64,000 bases of DNA from the human T2T-CHM13v2.0 reference genome, Homo sapiens. The notes beneath the pieces are model-generated. The model searched no databases, was not told the DNA's origin, and saw only the letters and a program-made list of their open reading frames with translations. Positions 44,914 through 64,000 of the stretch are shown one piece after another. Location of the stretch: NCBI RefSeq assembly GCF_009914755.1, contig NC_060944.1; one strand, given 5' to 3'. Position 1 is the stretch's first letter. Each line of letters opens with the position of its first letter. Position numbers and translations under genes: made by a program.

Positions 44914-45169
44914 ATGGGGGATTGATGAGTATATCGGAGGGACCAGTCATGAATATTTTGGCTGAGAGTTGTGTTTTCGAGCTGAAGCCATGCTCCATCA
45001 TGGCAGGGCACACATAGACCTTTGAATGCTCTGAGGAATGAATATTGAACAGTGTAACTCATGGCAGAAGGTGGAATATTTAAAAGGCAGAACTGCCTGG
45101 GTCAACTAAAAGAGTGAACAAACAGCCTGTAGCCTGTGGCTGGCTCCTCTTCTCTTCCCATCCCTACCT

Positions 45170-45528
45170 TTCACCTTTCTCTCTTTCTTTCTTTCCCTCC
45201 CTCTCTCCCTCTATCTCTCCCTTCCTTCCCTCCCTCCTTCCTTCATTTCTTCATTCCTTCCTTTCTTCCTTCCTTCCTCTACCTTCTTTCTCTCCCTCCC
45301 TGCTTCCTTGTTTATTTCCTTCTTTCTCTTTCCCTCTTTCTCTTCCTCCTTCCTTCCTTCTTTCTCTCTCATTTCCTTCTCTCTTTCTTTGTCTCTATCC
45401 ATCTTTCTCTCCCTCCATCCTTCCTTCTCTCATTCTTTCCTTCCTTCCTTCTCTCTTTCCTTCTTTGTCCCCTTCCTTCCTTACTTTCTTCCTCCCTCCT
45501 TCCTGCCTTCCTTTCTTCTCTTTTTCTT
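45170..45528. repeat. Polypyrimidine (TTCC/TCTC) low-complexity tract
   Basis: Direct inspection. Confidence 0.95.
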
Positions 45529-46646
45529 TGACTGATTTGTTCTGAGCCCAAGCACCCTGTGGGGTACTAAGTGGTACCAAAATTGACTCAAGAATCAAGA
45601 AGAAATAGAAAACCTAAGAAGTACTATAACATGAAGAACATAAAATCTCTAGTAAAACAAAATCTTTCACAAAGGAAGGAATAGGCCCAGATGGTTGTAT
45701 GAGCAAATTTTACACACTTTCAAAGAATGGATCATTCTAATTATGTCCCAAACAACTGGAGCTAGGAATATTAATGCTTGATTTTTCAAGAGATTCATTT
45801 CCTAAAATGTGTAGGTTTAAAGGTAGATTGACATGTGTTAGAAAACCTTAAATGTTGTGCAGTTCCTTGGAGTTTTAGCATTAAAAAAGAAAGGCCTTGC
45901 CTGCATTAACTTTGAATTTTGTAACAGTTACCAGTTAATAGAGATACTCTATGCATTTATACACACTCTGATTTTATAGGAATGGAGGCATATCAGACAC
46001 ACGGCTCTCCACCCAGGTTTTTTCCTTTGTAACATATCTTGGACATCATTTTTGAGCATCCTTTTAAAATTTATTTTTTTAAATAGCTGCCTAGTATTCT
46101 ATCATATGAATAATCATAATTTCAATAAACAGTAAGTAGATAATCATTAATGTGATTGATAAACATTAAGGTGATTTCTATACTTTTGTTAATTAAAAAG
46201 GTGGTATAATACTTTCTGCCATTCATAAATAATTCCAGGCATCATGACTATGTCTGTCGGGTAAATTTCTGGAAATGAAATTGCTGAATCAGAGAGTATT
46301 TCCATTTATAATTTTGGTATATATTGTTTAATCACAATTGATATAGTTTGTACTAATTTATAAACCCAGTAACAATATGTGAGTACCACTTCAAACTCCA
46401 CAACTTCACTGGCAGTACTTGAAGTGATGATGCATATTACCAGCCTCCCTTAAAGTAAAGTTCTATTAACTCTACAAAAATTTTATAAATGGCAGATGTT
46501 ACATTTCCAGATAGCTTTGTGGTAACCAAACAATAATTGATTTATTAGCAATTTGTATATCACATTGAGACAAAATATATTTGTGATAAATATCATTATT
46601 GTTACGTATTTAAAACATCTCATGTATTAAGAAATCATACTTTAGA

Positions 46647-51172
<4,526 letters not shown>

Positions 51173-52454
51173 CTTTACATAAATGCATAAAGTCTAGAAC
51201 AGCTAATATATTATAATGAAATGTCAACTATAATCCCAGCTCAAAGAGAACACCATAAAATTATGAAGAGCTCTCCACAAATCTCTAAATTTGTGTCCTC
51301 ATAAGATTACATTTCTATTTCTTCTTGAATAATTTCCTCATTTTAGCTATGATTTAATGATAGTAAGATGGTAATTATGAGGAGAAAATTCTCCCAACAC
51401 TCCATTGAGAAAATTCTGCCTCATTTCACCACACACCTGAGTCTTAAGCAGTCACTTCTAATGTAGCTGAATAATAGATCCTCACCCAGTCGAGTCTATG
51501 AGTTGAATCCATGTATGTGAGATAAGGCCCCCAAGGAGAGGTAATAAGCTGGGAATGCCATCAGCTCATCTTTCTTCAGGCCTATATTTGTCATTGTCAC
51601 TTGTAGAAGCAGGACAGCCCTGGCATTGGGGTTGGTAGTAACAGAGAGTATCAAAGGGAAAACTGACCTTTCCTAATTTTTGGAAAAAAGCAGATTGGAA
51701 ACAGATGGGCTCCAACGTTTTCCATGTGTAAGGTCATTGTCCCAGGTAGCCTTGCTCAGGACATTTCTTGTCACCAAAACAGAAGTCAAACGATATTTCT
51801 ACCTTCCAAGATAGAAGATATTGTCAGAGTTTCTCATGGATACCCACAAGTTCAAGAAACTTTCATGGCCTTATTTAACTGCTTAAGCATTTCAACTAAA
51901 AAATTATTTGTCTTTCAAATACACAGGAATCTGGAAAAATGTTAACCAGAAAAAGTTGGAATCTAAAGTAAAAAATGCATAAGGCCATAAAAAGTTTTTA
52001 CATCTTTTAATTTATATGTCAACTGGGGAAAAAAAAAACATTCTCTGAAGTTTCCTTTTATACCATTAAAGACTTATTCTTTATTACCAGCAATACAGGG
52101 CGACTTATTCAGGTTGAATCTTGAAGATAAACTTTAACTTAATTTTAAGTTTTGGCTAATTTTTAAGCATTACTCAGTCACCTACCATGATTTCATCTCA
52201 GAAACCAAAATCTCAATTTCATTTAGACCTTTGAAATATTAAAACAGGTTAAATGCTTCAAAATAATATTCATGTAGAGACTTACATATGTGGACCAGGA
52301 ATCTCCATGTATTACAAAGTTTATGAGAACATAACAAATGTTGATACACACATTTAATTCTGAAATAAAAACTTACAACAAATAAAACTAACAAATCAAG
52401 AAAATTTTGTAGGTTACACATTTTAAGTCTAAAAATATAGGTATGAAACACTCA

Positions 52455-54425
52455 AGGATGGATAAAAGAAGAAATCACAAGAGAAAGTAGAAAATATCTA
52501 GAGACAAATTAAACACATGAAATACCAAAAGTTAAGAGATACATCAAAAAAGGTACCACAAGGGAAAAATTTATAGCTATAAATGATTATAAAAAATAAT
52601 ATACCAAATCAACAACTTTACTCCTAAGGAACTAAAAACAGAGGGAAAAAGAGGGACTATTAAAGAGGGACAACTAAAAGCTAGCAAAATTAAAAAAAAG
52701 ATAAAGATAGCAGTGGAAATAAGTGAAATAGAGAATAGAAAAACAATTTCAAAAATCAACAAAACCTAATTTTTTCTCTGAAAAAGATCAAAATTGACAA
52801 AATTTTATCTAGATTAAGAAAGAAAGGGAATATTCAAATTACTAAACTCAAAAATAAAATGGGTACATTACTAACAAATTTTTGGAGTAAAAAAGGGATG
52901 TAGAAGAGTACCATAAGGAACTATACACTAAAAAATTGAATAGCCTAAATAAAATGAACAAATTCCTAGAAACAAAAAACCTACTAAGACTGAATCAGAA
53001 AAGTTGAATAAACCTATTCAGCAAGGAGATTCAGCAGGAAGATTGCATCAGTAATCAAAAACCCAGCAACAAAGAAAAGCCTGGACCAGATGGCTTCACT
53101 GTTGAATTCTACCCAATGTTTAAAGCAGAATTAACACCACTTTTTCTCAAACTTTTTCAAAACGTTGAAGAGGAGTTATATTTTTCTAACTTATTCTATG
53201 AGGCCAGTATTACCCTGACACCAAGCCAGACAAAGGCACCATAAGTAAACTACAAACAAACATCCCTTATAAATGCTGATGCAAAAATCCTCAACAAAAT
53301 ACCTGCAACTCACACTTAGCAGTACATTAAAAGGATTATACACTATGAATGAGTATAATTGATTCCTGAAATAAAAGTATGTTCCAACACATGAAAATCA
53401 GCGTAATAGCACATTAACATAAAGAAAGAAAAATCCCTCATGTGATCATCTTAATCAAAGAAGAAAAAGCATTTGTCAAAATTTAACCCACATTCATGAT
53501 AAAATATACTTAATAAACTATAAAAAGAAAGAAAACACCTTAACATAATGCTATACAAAAAAACAAAACAAAACAAAAACACACAGCTAACATGGTGAAA
53601 GACTGAAAGCTTTTACCCTAAGAGCAAAAACAAGGATGCCTGCTTTACTACTTCTATTTAATATAGTACTGAAAGTTCTAGTTGTTAAAACAATAAGGTG
53701 AGTAAAATAATTAAAGATATTCCAATTTTTTAAAAAGTAAAATTATCTATTTGCAGATGACATAACCTTATATATTAAAAATCTTTTAGTTTCTGTGAAA
53801 TAAACTGTCAGATGTAATAAATAAAATTCAGCAAAGCTGCAGGATACAAAATCAATACACAAAAATCAATTGTATTTCTACAACAACAATAAACTCTCTG
53901 AAGAAGAAATCAAGACGATAGTATCATGTATGATAATATCAAAAGAATAAAATACTGAGAAACCCACTTAACCAAGGAAATGAAAAACCTGTACAGCAAA
54001 AACTAGAAACATGGCATGAAAGTATTAAAGATGACACAAATAAATGAAAAGACATCATGTGTTTATGGACTGGAAGACAAAATCTTGTCAGGGTGCCATT
54101 GTTATCTATAGTCATCTACAGATTAAATAAAATCACTGTAAAAATTCCAATATTTGAAAAAATAGAAAAACCTGTTCTAAAATTCAGATGAAATCTCAAA
54201 ATACCCCAAGCAGCCAAATCAATCTTAAAAACTAACAAAGTTAGAGGACTAACACCTCCTGGTTTCAAACTTCAGTAGGCAAAACAATGCTGTACCAGCA
54301 TAGAGACGGACACAAAGACCAATGCAATAGAAATAAAGAACCAAAAAATATGGTCATGATTTTTAACAAGGGCGTCAACACTGTTCAATTGGGAAAGGAC
54401 GGTATTTTTTTAAATGGTGTTAAAA
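52455..54425 (+). mobile_element. Old L1M ORF2 fragment
   Basis: ggaccagatggcttcactgttgaattctacc; gatgcaaaaatcctcaacaaaatac; tatttgcagatgacata. Confidence 0.85.
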
Positions 54426-54436
54426 ACGGATATTTA

Positions 54437-54570
54437 CATCTATCTATCTATATATATTTATATGTATATATGTGTATATATATATTTATATATATATGTG
54501 TATATACTTATATGTATATATGTTTATATATATTTATGTGTGTATATATATGTTTATATATATATTTATA

Positions 54571-54611
<41 letters not shown>
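54437..54611. repeat. (TA)n/(TATG)n microsatellite
   Basis: Direct inspection. Confidence 0.95.
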
Positions 54612-54614
<3 letters not shown>

Positions 54615-54728
54615 AAATTAGCTTTTTGTCAGTCATGTATGTTGCAGATCTATTTCCCCAATCTGTTGACTTTTGACTTTGAAGCATTTTTCTCTCATAC
54701 AAAATTTTAATTTTTATGGAGTCAAATA

Positions 54729-55130
54729 CAACCTTGGCGCCGATCTGGTTCCCGCACTGCCCGGCCTGCGTGAGCACGATTTCCCTCATGGCCAAGGCGG
54801 GATTAGAGTGGCAGGAGAAACGCGAGAAGGAGGAGCAGATGCACAGCTACCCAGCCCGTCCTCCACCAACGCTGAAATAGCCCCGTGCCCACCTCCCTCA
54901 GCCTCAGATTCGGCTCCCAGAATAAGCAACAGCTTTACTTCCACACAGATGTACCCACCTGTGAATCCCTTAGGGTTGAACATCTGTTGGAGAGCTCAGG
55001 TGTCCTTGCTGTGGTCCTTTCCACGTTGGGGAAAGTTGGTCAGCTGGAGAACTTCCTCCCACATCTTTAGTAAGACTAAATCCCTAGCTGAGCTGAAACT
55101 GAATTTTCCTCCCATGTGGGAGGGGAAGAC
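54729..55130 (-). pseudogene. TUBB8/TUBB7P-type beta-tubulin fragment: 5' flank, 5'UTR and coding exon 1 only (CDS 54789-54733)
   Basis: GCC ATG, 19 codons MREIVLTQAGQCGNQIGAK (57 nt, the beta-tubulin exon 1 length), then donor GT. IVLTQ is characteristic of the TUBB8 group. No exon 2-4 sequence seen. Confidence 0.9.
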
Positions 55131-55299
55131 TTGATGAGTCTTTTCATCTATTAGGAGATCTGTGGTTAGGAAAGGTCTTCCAAATGTTAACAGGATTTAA
55201 TTATAAGTTTTACTTTGGAGCAGTTCAAACCCGCAGTAAGCTATGGGTGTTAGAGATAGTCAGGTGTATGATTTAGCTAGAGTCTTCTTTAGAGTAAGA

Positions 55300-58155
55300 T
55301 TAGCCCTTTCATCTTTCCAGAGTACTGTGGTCTGCACACAGAGTGAAGGTAATATTGGATTCTTAAAGCTGAGGATAGGTGTTGAGATGCACCTGCTGTG
55401 AAAGACGGGTCATTGCCACTTTGCAGGCTTTTAGATTACCCAAACTGAGAAGTTATTTCTTCTGGTAAACATTTTTCAGATGGGGTGGTGAATGCCTCGA
55501 TCTAACCAGCGAAGATATCAGTAAGCATTAGCAAATATTTGAATCTCCTGCAGAAAGGTATCTGAGTAAATTAGAGTTGCCAGTTCTCACCTGGATAGGT
55601 TCCTCAATTTTGGACAGGTTTACCTGGAGAAGGAGAAAATTGCTGGCCATTTCGGTCATGTCAGGCACAGAGCTCAGAGGCCTGAGTCACCTGTTTTTGT
55701 GTCTTGAAAAGATTTACCCCTATAAACAAATGAGACATTAACAGAAACCAATAATCCCTTCTAGGGTGAAAAGAATCATGAAAGTGCTGAATTATATTCC
55801 TATGATTGGTACTTGGCATTAGTAATTTATTACCATCATTCAGCCAGCCAGAGGGGCCCTGGACTGAAATGCAATCCCTGGCCCATTTTTGTTCTTCTTC
55901 AGAGTGTTCTGGCCCAGTTCTATGTATGCTGACCAGCACGCCCATAAGCTTCATTGGCCCTTTTAGTGCAGGGGCCTTGGCTGCGACATCTACAAGGGCA
56001 TTTCCTTTTACATGGTCAGTCTCTCTTTTGGTGTCCTCTGCAATTAATTATAGTCACTCTTGGCAGCAAAGCAGCATTCTAACAAGCTCAAAATCTGAAT
56101 GATGTTGTATGGAAAAGCCCTTGGGGGTCAGGAGTTCCTACCCATTCCAAATTGCAACATAAGCATGAAGCACTAAAAAATCATACTTGGAATCAGTTTA
56201 AATGTTAACTTTTAAATCCTTTCCCAGCTGCAGGGGCTGAGTAGGTTCAATTAACTCAGCTTGTTGAGCTGAAGTAGAGGTCAGCAAGGCTCGTGCCTTG
56301 ATTCTCTTGTGCTGACTACTAATAGCACACCTAGCCCTCCTGTTTTCCTGATGCATAAAACAACTTGCATCTGTTAACCACTCTTCCTTGGGATGGTCAA
56401 GGGGCTCATCTCTCTGAAGTCTGGCCTGCTAGAATCAATTCGTTTCATAACCTGTGACATGCTTCGGCTGTGTCCCAAGTCAAATCTTATCTTGAATTGT
56501 AGCTCTCATAATTCCTATATATCGTGGGAGGGATCCAGTGGGAGGTAATCTAATCGGGGGATGGGTCTTTCCCATGCTGTTCTCGTGACAGTGAATAAGC
56601 CTCATGAGATCTGATGGTTTATTTATTTATTTTTGAGACATAGTCTTGCTCTGTTGCTCAGGCTGGAGTGCATTGTTATGATCTTGGCTCACTGCAACAT
56701 CTGACTCCTGGGTTCAAGTGATTCTCCTGTCTCAGCCTCCAGAGTAGCTAGGATTACAGGTGCCTACCACCATGCCTGTCTAATTTTTGTACTTTTAGTA
56801 TAGACGGGGTTTCACCATGTTGGCCAGGGTGGCCTCGATCTCCTCACCTCAGGTCATCCACTGCCTTGGCCTCCCAAAGTGCTGGGATTACAGCTGATGG
56901 TTTTATAAAGGGAAGTTTCCCTACACAAGCCCTTTTGCCTGATGCCATGTAAGAGATGTGACTTTACTCCTCATTTGCCTTCTGCCATGAGTGTGAGGCC
57001 TCCCTGACCATGTGGAACTGTGAGTCAATTAAACCTCTTTCTTTATAAATTACCCAGCCTCAGATATGTCTTTATTAACAGCATGAGAACAGACTAATAC
57101 AACCTGTATGCCAGAAAGGCTAGAAGCTCCTGTGGACTCTGGCCGATAAGTAGCTGGGTTTATGGTTTGGTAGGCTTTAAGGGTTGTCTGGAGTGTCTAG
57201 CAATAAGGCCTTATACTTTCATAAATGTTCTCCTATTATCCACTGCTGCCCTTTAGCTTCTAGGACCACCTTCCCTTGGTGTGGGGTCAAAAACCTATAG
57301 GTGCTGTTCTGATGTTAGTTTATTAGCTTTGCCTACTAGAAAAGTAGTATCAGCAATAGCTCTAAGACATCAAGGCCACGCTGAGGCCACCTGGTCTATC
57401 TGCTTAGAAAATTAGGCTACTGGCCTTGGAATGTCCCCGTTTTGGGACAAGATTACCCAAGGCCTATGCCTTGCTTTTTGGCCACATAAAGAAAAAATGG
57501 TTCATCCAACTTGGGGACTCCCATGGCTGCAGCAGACCCCAATTTCTCCTTGAGAGTATTGAAGTTTTGCTTGCAGTTCTCATTACATTCTAGGAGCTCT
57601 AAATCTTTCCCTTTAGTGTATCATATAAAGGCTTGGCTACATGCCCAAATCTGGGCACCCATAAGCAGCAGTACCCAGCCATCTCCTAAAAAAGCCCACA
57701 GTCATTTTTGGACTGGGACCCTTGGATGACTAAAATAACTTTTTTATCTTCTAGGGATGTTGATCAGTTCCAGAGGTTAAGATAGATTCCAAATATTTAA
57801 GTATTTGAGTCAAAATCTGAGCCCTGCATGGCGATGCCCTATATCTACAAGTTCCCAGGAAATTTACCAACTTAACAATATTATTATTTGAGTCTTCTTT
57901 AGTTGGGTTTAGTCTTCTTTAATTGGGCTAGCAATGAGCAAGTCACCTATATACTGAGTAATTGTGTCCCTTTCCAATTGTAGATTTCTTAAGTCCTTAG
58001 CTAGAGTATTTTCAAATAAGTTGGTCCTATCCCAGAACCCTTCAATGATGACTGTCCAGGTTAGTTTTGAGGCTGAATGCCTATCTGGATCAGCCCATTC
58101 AAAGGCAAACATATTATGAATCTGCATTAATATGCAGAAAAATACATCTTTCAGA
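55300..58155 (-). mobile_element. Degenerate ERV1-class pol (RT, RNase H, IN) remnant
   Basis: ORF 57909..58127 reads FAFEWADP..LTWTVIIEGF..LAKDL..QYIGDLLIA (RT); an RNase H-like TSAQQAELIE motif lies at about 56245-56280. Confidence 0.88.
56455..57101 (+). mobile_element. THE1 (C/D-like) solo LTR containing an antisense Alu (56621-56893)
   Basis: tgacatgcttcggctgtgtcc..agactaataca with TSD ACCTG; Alu TSD CTGATGGTTT. Confidence 0.92.
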
Positions 58156-58440
58156 TTTTTTTTAGATTAGGATTTTTATTGAAAAAGTAATACATGCAAT
58201 TCATACAGAAAGCTTCAGAGTACAAAAGGGTATAAAAAAGTCACTCTACTTCTGTGCATACAAACATATGTACATATATGCATCTTTCCTTATTAAAAAA
58301 AGGGCGTAAACCTGCACACCAATGTGAGTCTTTTAAAAATTTCAACAAATTAAGTTGGGTAATAATTTTATTTCCACACTCGTAGATGTTTTATTTTTTA
58401 ATTGACTTAATATTATTTCAATATATGAATATGCACTAAA

Positions 58441-64000
<5,560 letters not shown>

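Overview
Primate (human or great ape) DNA that looks like a pericentromeric or acrocentric segmental-duplication mosaic. I see no intact protein-coding gene, tRNA, rRNA gene or CRISPR array. Left to right: (i) about 7 kb of diverged 45S rDNA intergenic-spacer (IGS) homology on the minus strand; (ii) a Tigger1 carrying an LTR5 (HERV-K HML-2) solo LTR; (iii) a degenerate D4Z4-like tandem with two DUX4-like pseudogenes, interrupted by a 5'-inverted PCMTD1 retrocopy with a 17-bp target-site duplication (TSD); (iv) a 5S rDNA repeat-spacer homologue lacking the 5S gene; (v) a repeat-dense block with a full-length L1PA3/4, nested MaLR/L1/Alu insertions, a minisatellite and 1.5 beta-satellite units; (vi) an internally deleted older L1PA, an orphan TUBB8/TUBB7P-type 5' region plus exon 1, ERV1 pol remnants and a second L1PA4-like element running off the end. 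Family assignments come from my recall of consensus and reference sequences, not from alignments. Most long ORFs in the track are artefacts of simple repeats, Alus or GC-rich spacers. I cannot support a new biological system. The best leads are a DUX4-like copy with a TATAA promoter and a frame-restored 160-aa ORF, and the orphan tubulin exon 1 with an intact splice donor.
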